Source: Eledone cirrhosa
Lineage: Eukaryota
DNA length: 64,000 bases
NCBI GenBank assembly: GCA_964016885.1
Contig: OZ024757.1
Coordinates: forward strand, 17,484,001-17,548,000
Reading direction: 5' to 3'
The first letter of the stretch is position 1, and each line of letters opens with the position of its first letter. Shown here one piece after another: positions 26,600 through 40,055 of this stretch. Position numbers and translations under genes: made by a program. The notes under the pieces were generated by a model. That model saw only the letters and a list, made by a program, of their open reading frames with translations, ran no database searches and was not told where the DNA came from.

Positions 26600-26940
26600 A
26601 CAATGGAGCTAAAGGCAAGCAAAGCACTCCCCGCCACCCCCAGCAGATAGAACAAACTATGCAGTGTGGAAATGCCTCAACAGATTAAGATCTGGTGTTG
26701 GTCGTGCAAAATCTGGCAAAATGGGGATATTTAAAGGACGGGGACGTTGTGTGTGACTGCGGCATCGAACCACAGACTACGCAGCACTTCCTGATATGTC
26801 CCCTGCTGGAACACCCCTGCACAGTATTGGACTTGGCAGAGTTTACTGAGAAAGGACAGCAATGTGTTCAGCTGTGGCAGAATCACATCGAACCAAGCTT
26901 TGTAGCTGACACTCTTGTGGACAGGATAAGAAGAAGTTTG
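26600..26940 (+). mobile_element. Ingi/Vingi-like non-LTR retrotransposon 3' remnant (frameshifted)
   Basis: WKCLNRLRSGVGR then KWGY.....VCDCG..PQT.QH...CP C-terminal Zn-knuckle; aagaagaag tail. Confidence 0.6.
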
Positions 26941-27309
26941 GGTAATATGTTAGGGGTATATGTGTCTTTGGAATACTCAACCATTTACATGCTAATTGGT
27001 TGTTCGGTTAATAAAAGAACTTATTGATTATCGTTGTAACAGACTGGGGTCCCTCAATGTCTTCAGATTTCCAATGTAAATATTCTTTGATTTTTCTTCT
27101 TCTGTCTTTCAGACAGACACCATTTTTTAGTATTGAGTTCATCATCATGTATTTCTTTATTTTTTTTGTCTGGCAGCAAATTGACAAAGACATTAGGGGG
27201 TCAGATCAAATGCCTCAATATTTGTTCCGGCTCACTGTATGTGACCAGAAAATGTGACCAAAAAATTGATGGTAAACTGGAGGGGTTGGCTTATATACGC
27301 CATCTAAAC

Positions 27310-28028
27310 CTGCGATTGCTAACCTTTCGGATCTCACAGACCACTAAATTCATAATTATAAATCCCACATACCACTAATATGAATTTTTTAAAAAAGATA
27401 AATACATTTGTAAAATAATGATCAGAGAACCTCCATTTTATTAAACAATACTGAAGCATATGTGTGTCATATTGTCGATAGATGATACATATGTGTACAA
27501 TTATTTCATGGATGTTAGTTCTATACTGAGGAGAAACATTTTTTAGAGGTGTTATAAAATACTAGACCACCCGTGATCCAATGGGTTCACTTAATATATT
27601 TTTTTAAAATCATGTTCACTTAAAAATAATTTTTAAATAATTAAAATATACACAGTATATAATGTAAAATGAAATTTTCAATCTACTCTCTCACAACCAC
27701 TATCTCTTTCTCTCTCTCTATTTATGAAGGTACCCAGAAAAAAACCCGTATCTTGGGAACCCGTGCTCCGATTTACGCAAACTTGTTTTATTCCATTTGT
27801 ATTCCTATTTCAGGGGCAACTTCCTTTCAAAGTATTTCCCCATTATGCATCATTTTGGCTGTATTAAATTACAGATAGGCACAAAATCACAGAGTTTTAG
27901 TAGTATATAGATATTTTAACTGAATATTATTTTTGCTTTATTATTAATAAAACAGAAAAATTGTAAATGTCCAAATTTTTCTGCGGACCACCAAAATTTT
28001 CTCTTGGACCACTGGTTGGAGACTATTG
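27310..28028. mobile_element. Old hAT-type non-autonomous element
   Basis: Direct repeat atctaaac at 27302-27309 and 28029-28036; diverged TIRs ctgcgattgctaacc / ggttggagactattg; subterminal ggaccac motifs. Confidence 0.55.
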
Positions 28029-28036
28029 ATCTAAAC

Positions 28037-28383
28037 CAGGGGCATGCAACAGGCGGCTCACAGGCCACAATCCAGCCCGCCAGACCAGTCAGAGTGGCCC
28101 GTGATGACCGTTTTTAATTTTTACCTTGTAGACTTTAGAATTTTTTTCATAACCGTAATACAATTTTCTGTTAGTTGACCTATGCTAAAGGGCTTCACTG
28201 ATAGGGTTATGTGTGTTATAATTTCCCAGTTCCACGTTTTTCGTCTTTATTGTTTAAAAATGTATTCACATTGTATTTATGACTCAATTCACTGGTTTTC
28301 ATTAGATTCCACATTTTTGACAGTGACTGGCCCTAATAGTTGTTCAAAAGTGGCCCACCAATGGAATATGTTGCACACCCCTG
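28037..28383. mobile_element. hAT-type MITE
   Basis: TIRs caggggcatgcaaca / tgttgcacacccctg; TSD atctaaac / atctaaat. Confidence 0.8.
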
Positions 28384-28777
28384 ATCTAAATAATGTTTTG
28401 ATTAGCAGCCTCACCTTATAAATGGGGTTTGGATTTTTGTCCATTTCTTAGATATATAATATATTCGAGTATATATGGTAAGTTTTCTTGGTCTGATCTG
28501 ACAATTGGTTCTTTTTCTTCCTATCTTTTCTTTCTTGCCTACAGGAGAGACAGAAATTCTTTGGTGTTTTTGCAAATGGCTTTCAAGAAACTCCTATTTC
28601 TTTTTTATTCTGTTATATATTTCTTTATTCCTCTTCATTCAGCTGTGTACTGAATTGTCCACCATTCAATCAACCGTGATGACCTTAGGCAATTATTTCT
28701 GGAAAAAAAACCCAAAAAAAAACGATCTTTCAAATACAATCACATCATGGAATGGCCATTTTAACTATGGCAGTTAA

Positions 28778-28966
28778 CTGAAAAGTTCATAGGCTGGCTA
28801 TGAAGGAGTGATGCTAAAACTATGAAATCTAGCATCCATTAATTTCAACTCTTCTTATTAATAACTGCATTGTTTCTTTGCAGGGACTATGTTGAAAAAA
28901 AAACACCTTATTTTGTCATTTCATGAGAGTATCTTGGTCAGCCTATGAACTTTTCATCAAACCCTA
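28778..28966. mobile_element. Tc1/mariner-like MITE
   Basis: Inverted ends tgaaaagttcataggctg / cagcctatgaacttttca; superfamily assignment is inferred. Confidence 0.6.
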
Positions 28967-29227
28967 ATATTCTAAAACTGTTAAATTCTTTTTACAATTA
29001 TCATTTATTTCATGATGTCAAAATTTTCATCACACCCTTTATCATCTAGTCACTGCAACAGCAATACCACTGCAACGGATTAGATATTGTTATTCTAGAT
29101 ACACTATGTCTATATATTAGACAAGACAGGTATGGCTGCAACTACAGTGAAACAGTCTTATTGACCAGGTCACAGTGTCATGAAAATTTGGACACTAAAA
29201 AATAAATGATGAATCCAAATAATAGAA

Positions 29228-29626
29228 GTGCTTTAGTTTCAACACACCAGTCTGAGATCAAGTCATCTGCCAGACATATACAACTGTGGCTAAAAGGACT
29301 CTTCCATGATGTAATTGCTTTAGTTTCAACACACCAGTCTGAGATCAAGTCATCTGCCAGACATATACAACTGTGGCTAAAAGGACTCTTCCATGATGTA
29401 ATTGCTTTAGTTTCAACACACCAGTCTGAGATCAAGTCATCTGCCAGACATATACAACTGTGGCTAAAAGGACTCTTCCATGATGTAATTGCTTTAGTTT
29501 CAACACATCACAGTCTGAGATCAAGTCATCTGCCAGACATATACAACTGTGGCTAAAAGGACTCTTCCATGATGTAATTGCTTTATTTTCAACACACCAG
29601 TCTGAGATCAAGTCACCTGCCAGACA
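29228..29626. repeat. 87-bp tandem repeat (~4.5 copies)
   Basis: tgctttagtttcaacacaccagtctgagatcaagtcatctgccagacatatacaactgtggctaaaaggactcttccatgatgtaat. Confidence 0.95.
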
Positions 29627-30010
29627 ATTAAGACCCCAATTTTTTTTTTTATTGTTGTATGTGAAATATATAACAGTTGGGGCCTTTGACAAAAAAAACA
29701 AAAAATAACAGCATAATTTATTGCTTTCCTTTAATTAATGTCAAATGTAAACATACCCCAGGAAAAGAAATAATCCCCCTTTTCAATAAGTTCTCTCTTC
29801 CTTCTATCTCTGACATGTGCATGATAAATTTATTTCTATCAAAGATATTGTTTACCAAGTTAGTGTTCTTCATTCCATTATGGTTGGAAAAACCCATTTT
29901 CAACAACCTCAACACTCACTCTTTCACTCTTCAGTGTGTGTGTCTGTGTTCTTATATATGCATGTATATATATATCATATATATATATATAATATATATA
30001 TATATATAAT

Positions 30011-30071
<61 letters not shown>

Positions 30072-30107
30072 TAATATATACATATATATATACCATATAT
30101 ATATATA

Positions 30108-30158
<51 letters not shown>

Positions 30159-30527
30159 TATATACTATATATATACATATCATATATATATACACAAACT
30201 TACACACACACATATCTATAAAGGTTGTTTTCTTCTATTTTCTTGTCTGGCCATTCTATGGACATCCCATCATTTCAGGAAACTGTGATCTAACGAGTTG
30301 ATTATTTAATTATTGAATGTTTGTTGGTTTTTAATTGCAGAGTTGGTTGATCAACAAAACCTTTGAAGCTATCAGTAAGTTGGAATCCAAACTAGCCCAC
30401 CCCTTCTCATCCTTGATCGGCAAAAGAGAGGCTTCCTTTCTAGCATTCAGTAAACGACTCATGTCACAGTCAATGGCAATTGTTTTGGCATTCATCTTCT
30501 TGGCAGGGATTCTTCTGTATGTATGCA

Positions 30528-30579
<52 letters not shown>

Positions 30580-30705
30580 GTGTGTGTGTGTGTGTGTGTG
30601 TGAAGGAATGAGAGAGAGAGAACAACATAATCTTTTGCATTCTACACATAAGATATTACACACTCTCACATACTATATGTATGTGTATATATATATGTAT
30701 ATATG

Positions 30706-30800
<95 letters not shown>

Positions 30801-30956
30801 ATATGTATATATATGTATGTATATATATGTATATATATGTATATATATGTATGTATATGTATGTATATATATGTATGTATATGTATGTATGTATATGTAT
30901 GTATGTATGTATATGTATGTATATATATATGTATGTATGTATATGTATGTATATAT

Positions 30957-31300
30957 GGAGGCACATGGCTTAGTGGTTAGAGCATTGGCCTTGCAATCGA
31001 AAGGTTGTGAGTTCCATTCTCAGACCGGGTGATGTGTTGTTTCCTTGAGCAAGACACTTTATTTCACATTGCTCCAGTTTCCTCAGCTGTAGAAATGAGA
31101 TGATAGGGACTGGGGTCCCTATCATTCCACTGCAAAGTGCTCGTGGAGGTGCCGCGGCAAAAAAACACCTAGCACTCACTGTAAATGAGGTTGATGTTAG
31201 AAGGGCATCCAGCTGTAGAAATCAAGCCAGAATCTGTTTCCGTCCCACCCTTGCAAGCAGGGAAAAGCGGACATAAAATGAAATGATGATGAAATGATGA
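30957..31300 (+). mobile_element. SINE type B, full length
   Basis: Same structure as 2554-2897. Confidence 0.85.
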
Positions 31301-31314
31301 TATATGTATGTATG

Positions 31315-31348
<34 letters not shown>

Positions 31349-31607
31349 TATGTATGTGTATGTATATATATATATATATATATGTATGTGTATATATATA
31401 TATATATGTATGTATATGTATATATATATAAATCTATAATTATTATAAGAACAGATTAAGATTAAAGTTTAAGCAAAAAATCGCTGCTTTTACCCGTAAC
31501 AGGATCTTCTTAAATCTGAAACTAAAAATATCAATCTGTGGACGCAGAAGTAAATATTTTCAACAGAAGTTACAACCGAAGGAAAACAGGAAGACGATAC
31601 TTTGGTT

Positions 31608-31671
<64 letters not shown>

Positions 31672-31759
31672 GATAACAATATATCGTTAAAGGTGATCCG
31701 ATAAGAGTTTGTGAAAACTACTTATCATGGATAGTTTAGGCGTACGGTGCTGTGTGACT

Positions 31760-32018
31760 CAACAAGTGGTTTATGTGGATGGCGAGTTTATGATTTCACT
31801 TGTTATTTCTATGTAAGTGCATCTTGGGGTAATAAAAAAGTGAAGTCAACAGTACAAACAGGAGATTTATTTACAGTCTGACAATTGTCAGACTGTAAAT
31901 AAATCTCCTGTTTGTACTGTTGACCATGTTATTCTTCACTTTTTTATTACTCCAAGATGCACTTACATAGGAATACAAGTGAAATCATAAACTCGCCATC
32001 CGCGTAAACCTCTTGTTG
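31760..32018. repeat. TA-flanked imperfect palindrome centred near 31884
   Basis: gtcaacagtacaaacaggagatttatttacagtctgacaa/ttgtcagactgtaaataaatctcctgtttgtactgttgac plus diverged outer arms. Confidence 0.8.
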
Positions 32019-32039
32019 CTTTTTATATATATATATATA

Positions 32040-32300
32040 GTCTTGGTCTTCCTCTTCTAGTGTGTCCATGTAGTGGCTCCCAAAGGAGCACTGAGTGCAA
32101 TGTCACCTCTGGATGTCGGTGAGCATGTCCAGCCAACCCCAGTCTCCTCTGTGTCACTTTTACGTATGTTGATGCCCTAAGGACAGACACTGGTCTGTTG
32201 GAGACGCAGGACATGGCAGCGATAATGAGGGACAGAGACCGCTGGAGAGAACTCGTCCATGGATCTCGGGAATTTTACCCGCCTTAGATAGATAGATAGA
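32040..32300. mobile_element. Second RTE family 3' end with 5' inversion and (TAGA)n tail
   Basis: Minus part RRLGLAGHAHRHPE...LLWEPLHGHTRRGRPR; plus part YVDALRTDTG...MRDRDRWRELV*. Confidence 0.75.
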
Positions 32301-32358
32301 TATATATAGTAAATGAGTGAAGAATAACGGGGCTGGCTGTACAATAGGGTTTATTCAA

Positions 32359-32469
32359 AGTATTAACAATTGTTTCATTAGTCCGGTGTGACTAAAAATC
32401 GCTGATCACCAGAAGTTACGTCACTCGATTTTAATTACAGTCGATATCCGACCAAATCATCAGAATACT
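32359..32469 (-). ncRNA. Type-I hammerhead ribozyme with large stem II insertion
   Basis: Minus: agtatt-CTGATGA-tttggtc...gactaat-GAAAC-aatt-GTT-aatact; 6-bp stem I agtatt/aatact. Confidence 0.75.
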
Positions 32470-32495
32470 GATCTGAGTACTCATAACCTCTACTT

Positions 32496-32735
32496 ATAAT
32501 AATAATAATGAAATTATTGTGTAAAGTGCTCAGGTGCACTACAACTCGTCAATATAGTACATAGAATAATACACAAATGTCAGGGAAGTACATGTGTGTA
32601 TGTGTTAGCTGTAGTGTTGGCGGATCTCGGGAAGCATGGAGGCCTTAAAGGATGCAGTGTCTCGACAGCTAACAACTGATGCAGGTAGTTTGTTCCATGC
32701 TTCAGCAACTCTGAGCGTGAAAAAATGTGTTTCCG
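32496..32735 (-). mobile_element. CR1 3' end fragment (same family as 16270)
   Basis: Reverse complement of 16630-16860. Confidence 0.85.
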
Positions 32736-33019
32736 AAAGGGATTACTTTAAATGATATCTTGTTAACTTATATATATAACTTTGATAGGTTTCAGCCAGT
32801 ATTGGCTCAGGCCATGTCTAACTTAATAGCACCATTGAATATACATATATATATATATATAGTAATAATAATAAAATTGAAGACTAAAATCCAAAGAGGG
32901 CTCGATAAGGAAAATATATATCAAATATATAAGAACCGTAGAGCAAATAATGAGTTTCAGAAGATCCCGTTAAGGGTGAAAGCAGCGATTCTTTGCTTAA
33001 ACTTTAATCTGTTATTTTA

Positions 33020-33071
<52 letters not shown>

Positions 33072-33234
33072 TCAGCATCATCATCGTTTAACGTCCATGT
33101 TCCACGCTTGCATGGGTTTGGACGGGAGTTTTCCCACTTGAGGCAAGAGTGGTTGTCTTGCTCGCATAGGACTGTCTGGCGGGTTTTCTACAGCTGGATG
33201 CCCTTCCTAACACCAACCACATTTACAGTGTTAC

Positions 33235-33286
<52 letters not shown>

Positions 33287-33514
33287 ATTGTAACGTCCAG
33301 TTACTGTAGATTTACCAAAGTGACCACTTGATGTGTAGTTTCCAGTAAGTATAGAGATGTAGAACTAAGCAGAGTGCAATAATAATAACAAAAAGGACGA
33401 TTTGTTATGTCTTCATTACATTTATTAATGATAACGTAATTTATTAATCATAACGTAATCTATTAATGATATTAATGATAACGTAATCTATATAAAGGCG
33501 TGTGTGTGTGTAAA

Positions 33515-33640
33515 AGTAATAACAAAAATATCAAATCAAACGGCACAGTACATGGAAGAAATATATTAGTTTAATGCTTGAAATAGCAGGAAGAGAGTCT
33601 TGATGTATCAGACACTATTTCTTCATCAGAAGATAGTTAG
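33515..33640 (-). mobile_element. Degenerate copy of the hammerhead module found at 62077
   Basis: Minus: tcttCTGATGAagaaatagtgtctgatacatcaagactctcttcctgctatttcaagcattaaactaatatatt. Confidence 0.6.
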
Positions 33641-33817
33641 AAATAGAAGATAAATAGAAAGTAAAGAGTGATGAGGGGAAGGAACGGCGAAAGAGTAAAA
33701 AGACTCACTATTTAGTCATAATATATAAATATTTAAACTCTACTTTAGTATTGAGTACTCATTTGACTTGTCTGTCAATTACATACAGACCTCTCTCACT
33801 CTCTCTCTCTCTCTCGC

Positions 33818-33849
<32 letters not shown>

Positions 33850-34329
33850 TATATACATATCCATATATACACACACACATTCACATATATGCATACACAT
33901 GTACATACACACATACATACACACACACATACATACAGCCATACATACACACATACACAGTCACACATTTACACAGTCACATATATACATGCATACACAC
34001 ATACATACACACGTACATACACACATATACACAGTCACACATTTACACAGTCACATATATACATGCATACACACACACACATACACACATACATACACAC
34101 AGGCACACACATTCATACACACGTACATACATACATACATACATACACACATATACACAGTCACACATTTACACAGTCACATATATACATGCATACACAC
34201 ACACACATGCATGCATACTCACATATACACACACATACATACACGCAGGCACACACATTCATACACACGTACATGCATACATACACACATACATACACTC
34301 ATACACACATACATACAAACATACATACA

Positions 34330-34800
34330 GAGAATATATTGAGACAGATGGCACTAAGGAATACTGGTGGAACCTGAAAATAAAAACTGCCACCAAATTA
34401 AAGCACAACCGGCCTGATATTGTAGTTTGGGACCACACATTGAAAACGTGTTCTGTTGTGGAGATCAGCTGCCCACTTGATGTAAACGTTGTCAGAAAAA
34501 TACAGGAGAAGGAGGACATCTACGGACTATTGATGAGGAGTTTACAAATCCAGTATCCAAGATACACCTTTAGCTTCATACCCATCATTATTGGTGCTAC
34601 GGGTTATATACCAACCCGCTTGGACCAAAGTATGACTGAACTTGGATTTGCGGACAAAAAGCGCAGCTCCCTAATTCATAGTCTGCAAATGGCTGCGATA
34701 GCTGGCACCTTCAAAATTTGCAAAACATTCTTGCGATTCAAGGGATGACAATTTCTTTTCTTTTACAACCTTGCCACCAGGAAGGTGGCCAGTCAAAAAA
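34330..34800 (+). mobile_element. R4/Dong-like non-LTR retrotransposon 3' end (restriction-like endonuclease)
   Basis: YWWN..I.T...LKHNRPDIVVWD.....C.VVEISCP.D.NV..K..EK...Y..L...........IPIIIGATG: PD-(D/E)xK RLE; preceded by a CA-rich tract. Confidence 0.8.
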
Positions 34801-35321
34801 ATATACTCGAAATTAAGAGAAAGAGAAAACAGAGAGTCACATAGGATAGATAGTTAATATATCTAAGATAGTAGTAGAAAATGATGAGCATGTGTGATGT
34901 GATAGCGATGTCTTATCCAGCATGTTCTGTATATAGCTTGAGATGTGTGTTACTTCTGTAGATCTGTAGAAGGAGGGTTAATGTACAGATTTACTGAGAT
35001 AACAACAACAATGTAAGAACAAATCTTCTCTGTAATCTGTGATAACCTTGATAGGTTCACTTTAACTGACAAGCAGATACATGTGTCTGGCCGTGTGTGT
35101 TTGTGTGGATATGTTTTTGTGTGTGTGTGTGTATCATCATCATCATCATCGTTTAACGTCTATCTTCCACGCTAGCATGGGTTAGATGGGAATTGTCCCA
35201 CTTGAGGCAAGATTGGTCGGGTGACCGTGTCTCGCTTGTATAGGACTATCTGGTAGGTTTTCTACGGCTGCTGGATGCCCTTCCTAACACCAACCACATA
35301 TATATATATATATATATATAC

Positions 35322-35480
35322 ACTAGAAGAGGAAGACCAAGGTTAACATATGTTGATGCCCTAAGGACAGACACTGGTCTGTTGGAGATGCAGGATATGG
35401 CAGCGATAATGAGGGACAGAGACCGCTGGAGAGAACTCGTCCATGGATCTCGGGAATTTTACCCGCCTTAGATAGATAGA
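35322..35480 (+). mobile_element. Second RTE family 3' end, uninverted
   Basis: TRRGRPRLTYVDALRTDTG...FYPP* followed by (taga)n. Confidence 0.75.
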
Positions 35481-35638
35481 TATATATATATATATATAGA
35501 GAGAGAAAGCGAGATAGATAGATAGATAGACGGATATATATATATATATATATTTTCCTGACATTTGTACATTATTCTATGTACTATACATGCACCTTTG
35601 ATGAGTTGTAGTGCACCTGAGCACTGTACACAATAATT

Positions 35639-35678
<40 letters not shown>

Positions 35679-35910
35679 TATCAAATAAGTATGTTTTGAA
35701 ACAGTGAGCAGGTTTGAAATTAGAAAATAGAATAGCTTTCACCGTATTTTTGACTAAAGGAATTTTAGCCTGGTAATATATATCTAGTAATATATATATA
35801 TATATCTATGATGAGGTCATTCTATTCACATGACTTACGAGGCTGTTTGCATAATTGTAAACGAATCAAATATTATCATTAATATTAAAAAAACTCAGAT
35901 TTACAATTCT

Positions 35911-35961
<51 letters not shown>

Positions 35962-36120
35962 GAGATAGATAGATATATAGATATTCCTGTGTGTGTGTAT
36001 GTATATATGTGTGTGTGTGTGTGTAACTTTAAAGTATGACTTAAGCGTGCATTAAGCTTTTTATATCTTACCAAAATGAATAGTTAAAGATTCCATTATA
36101 ATCTCTCAGAGATGTATAAC

Positions 36121-36156
<36 letters not shown>

Positions 36157-36819
36157 ATAGGACTCTCACACACTTATATATATGTACATGTGTGAATGTA
36201 TGTGTATATGTATCACTAATATATATGTCACACACACACATACATTGTGTGTGTGTGTGACATGTGACTACATATTTACAACATAGGTGTATACCTAATC
36301 CAGCATGTAGTGTTCTTGGCTCTACATGTCAACACATGTAGAGTGCATGTCCTACATGGTCACATGTAGCGAGTCATGCCGTACATGGTCACATGTAGCA
36401 TGTTTCAGTCTGCTCCGCTCCTCGCAAGCTGTACAGGAAACTATGATCGTCTATTTCCTCAACTAGAATATAGACAAATCTAAACAAAACGAACCATGCT
36501 AAAATGTGAACCCATGCTAACACAAACTACAAACCTACACACACACACATGCATATGTATATATATATATATATATATATATTTCAATCACATATATTTT
36601 TATTGTTTGACCCGAATTACTTGGTCGTTTGTTTTGGCTGTGCGGATGATTTGTTTAACCATCATCTCAGTGGGTTTGGCCCTTAACGTATGTTGTAGCT
36701 CTGATTCATATGAATCATTGAGCGCTTGCCACACATCTCGGAAGTTGATTTTCGTTAATTCCTGAGATGAAATACGATTCTCGCTAATTTATATTTATAT
36801 ATATATATATATATATATA

Positions 36820-37082
36820 ACGAATGAGATGTGGTAAGGAACCAGGTGGACCATAACGCACCAAAGTACTCAATACTTGAGGTAGTAGAGTGGGTAATAG
36901 GAACCAGTAAGACCCCGACAGCTGAGCTCAAGCCGTTTCGACGGCCAATTCTGGACTAGAATTAGCCGTCGAAACGGCTTGAGCTCAGCTGTCGGGGTCT
37001 TACTGGTTCCTATATATATATATATATATATATATGAATAAGACCCGTTCCACCCTTGCAAGCAGGGAAAAGCGGACGTAAA

Positions 37083-37114
<32 letters not shown>

Positions 37115-37350
37115 ATATATATATATATATATATAGTAATAATAATAAATTTGAAGACTAAAATCCAAAGAGGGCTCGATAAGGATAAATATATATCAAA
37201 TATATAAGAACTGTAGAGCAAATATTTATTAAAATAACAGATTAAAGTTTAAGCAAAGAATCGGTGCTTTCACCCTTAACGGGATCTTCAGAAGATCCAG
37301 TTAAGGGTGAAAGCAGTGATTCTTTGCTTAAACTTTAATCTGTTATTTTA

Positions 37351-37398
<48 letters not shown>

Positions 37399-37580
37399 TT
37401 ATTATAAAGAGTCGGAATCCCGACGGCTGAGCTCTTGCCAGCTCAATAGCTAGTTCCAGTCCAGAACTAACTGTTGAAATGGCAAGAGGTCAGCCGTTAG
37501 GGTCCCGACTCTTTTTCATATAACCATACTCGACTACCACAAGTATCGAGTACTCAGTCTAACCAGTTTCAAACTGAATC
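36820..37580. mobile_element. Cluster of TA-separated modules: family L palindrome (36898-37011), SINE tail, family K palindrome (~37225-37355), family L variant (37408-37580)
   Basis: Direct similarity to other copies; fold-back arms visible. Confidence 0.7.
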
Positions 37581-37590
37581 CATCTTGACT

Positions 37591-37632
<42 letters not shown>

Positions 37633-37780
37633 CTCCATAGTTAATTCATTTGGCCATCAATGTTTATCATTGACTGACCAACGGTCAAAAATACAGATAT
37701 AAATACATATATATAGTCTAACAAAGTTCTTTCGTTGCACATCTGTAACATCATCAGTGGTACTATTATGTTTCCTCCTG

Positions 37781-37820
<40 letters not shown>

Positions 37821-37890
37821 CCTAATATATTCCTTCCATATTCTGTACCGATTGTGTTGTTATTTCTGTTTACCTTTTTACAAATATATA

Positions 37891-37956
<66 letters not shown>

Positions 37957-38124
37957 TAAAATAACAGATTAAAGTTTAACCAAAGAATCGCTGCTTTCAC
38001 CCTTAACGGGCTCTTCTGAAACTCTAGAGTTTCAGAAGATCCCGTTAAGGGTGAAAGCAGCGATTCTTTGCTTAAACTTCAATTTTACTATTATTACTAT
38101 ATATATGTATATATATATATATAT

Positions 38125-38580
38125 TTATTTGTAAAAGGTAAACAGAAATAACAACACAATTGGTACAGTATATGGAAGGGATATATTAGGTTAATGCTTG
38201 AAATTACAGGAAGAGGGTCTTAGCATTAACTAGTCCTTCATCAGCAGAAAGAATGAGAAATTAGAAAGATTGTAGGGATGGGTGGGGTGGAATTGGAAAA
38301 AATGTTTTTAGAGAAAAATAACAGATCCATTCATGTTGCCATCTATTGGAAATTGGAATTAGAAGCTATCACCATATTTTAACTAGAGGAAATGTTCTAA
38401 TGACAGGACATATGGCTCACTATACTGGTTTAAAAAATGCCTACTTTTCCCCTTGTGAGGGTTCATATGCCCTGTTAATAAACTATTTTCTTTTGCCAAA
38501 ATATGGTGTAAGCTTTTAATAACATTTTCAAAATTTTCAGTCGCCGCACCATATTCTAAATTACACATGCTTATTTACAT
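38125..38580 (-). mobile_element. Probable decayed Penelope-like 3' end (same pLTR family as 62077) with residual coding-like sequence
   Basis: Minus: tttctcattctttctgCTGATGAaggactagt...gaccctcttcctg...cctaatatat; upstream ORF remnant ...YVLSLEHFL. Confidence 0.5.
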
Positions 38581-38590
38581 ATATAATCTT

Positions 38591-38627
<37 letters not shown>

Positions 38628-39358
38628 GGGGGGGGGGTGACCTCGAAACCAGCATGATGTATGGGTTAGGGAGAAGATAGGATGGGGCAGCGAAGAGTTT
38701 AAATAAAGCACTCGAGGTTTGGCGTAAAACTTAGCCAACATAACAAAATATATTTAAATTTGGGCATAATTTAATCTGCCAGCCCCACACTGTAAATGTG
38801 GTTGGTGTTAGGAAGGGCATCCAGCCGTAGAAAACCTGCCAGACAGTCCACGCTGTAATGTGGCCGTGTAGGCAACACGGTAAAAACCTCCCAGCCCCAC
38901 ACTGTAAATGTGGTTGGTGTTAGGAAGGGCATCCAGCTGTAGAAAACCCGCCAGACAGTCCTATGCGAGCAAGACAATCACTCTTGCCTCAAGTGGGAAA
39001 ACCCCCGTCCAAACCCATGCAAGCGTGGAACACGGACGTTAAACGTTGATGATGATGATGATGATATATATATATAAAAGTTTAACCCCGACGGCAGAGC
39101 TCAAGCTGTTTCGACGGCTATTTGTGGACTCAATAGTCCAGAAATAGCCGTTGAAACGGTTTGAGCTCTGCTGTCGGGGTTAAACGTTTTCCTATTATCC
39201 ACTCTATTACCCTAACTATTGAGTACTCTGGTGCGTTATGGTCCATCTGGTTCCTTACCACACTTCCTTCGTTATATATATATACACACACATATATGTG
39301 TATATATATATGTATATGTATATATTTGTGTATATATTTGTATATATATATGTTTATG

Positions 39359-39402
<44 letters not shown>

Positions 39403-39810
39403 CATCATCATATCAGTCTATCGATTTACATGAATATATATATTTTAATGAAGGTTATTTAAAAGCCTCCATTTTCCACAATCAGCACCCATCCAGAAAT
39501 GACCATTCCATTGAATTGAAAACTGTGACAATTTGACCAAACAAGGAGTCTGTTTATCTTTGATGCTAGAAGGAGCCTCTCACCATTTCTTCTTCCATTA
39601 GAAGTGTAGCATGTACTGGAAGCAATCTTCTGCTTCAGTCTCAAACAGTGTTGCCCCCACTCCCCATCACTACGTCCCCTTCTGCCTTATTTCTCCCCTC
39701 CACCACCTCTGCCACCAACACAGTTAGTGTTAACTGCATGTTCTTTCTGTCTTTCTTTCTTACCTTCTTTTTTTTGTTCTGTTTTGTCTTGATTCTGAAA
39801 AAAAACAAAA

Positions 39811-39857
<47 letters not shown>

Positions 39858-40019
39858 AAATTAAATAAATAACTGCAGAATAAAAGAAAAGAAAACAAAA
39901 TGGTAATTCACTCTTTGTGATGTCTTCAGTTCTTTATGAAGCAGCGTTTCTCTCTTTGGTTTGTTTGTTCTCGTTCTCAGAAACTCTCTATGTGTGCATG
40001 GTTCCATTCATTTAACATA

Positions 40020-40055
<36 letters not shown>

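Noticed and set aside
29206-29556. 29-aa repeat ORF
   Set aside because: By-product of an 87-bp tandem repeat; frame breaks in the fourth unit
30397-30430. Neuropeptide-like [10 protein letters not shown]
   Set aside because: Single motif, no upstream signal peptide, no repeats; likely chance
30957-31030. tRNA gene
   Set aside because: tRNA-like head of a SINE; no full cloverleaf and it continues into the SINE body
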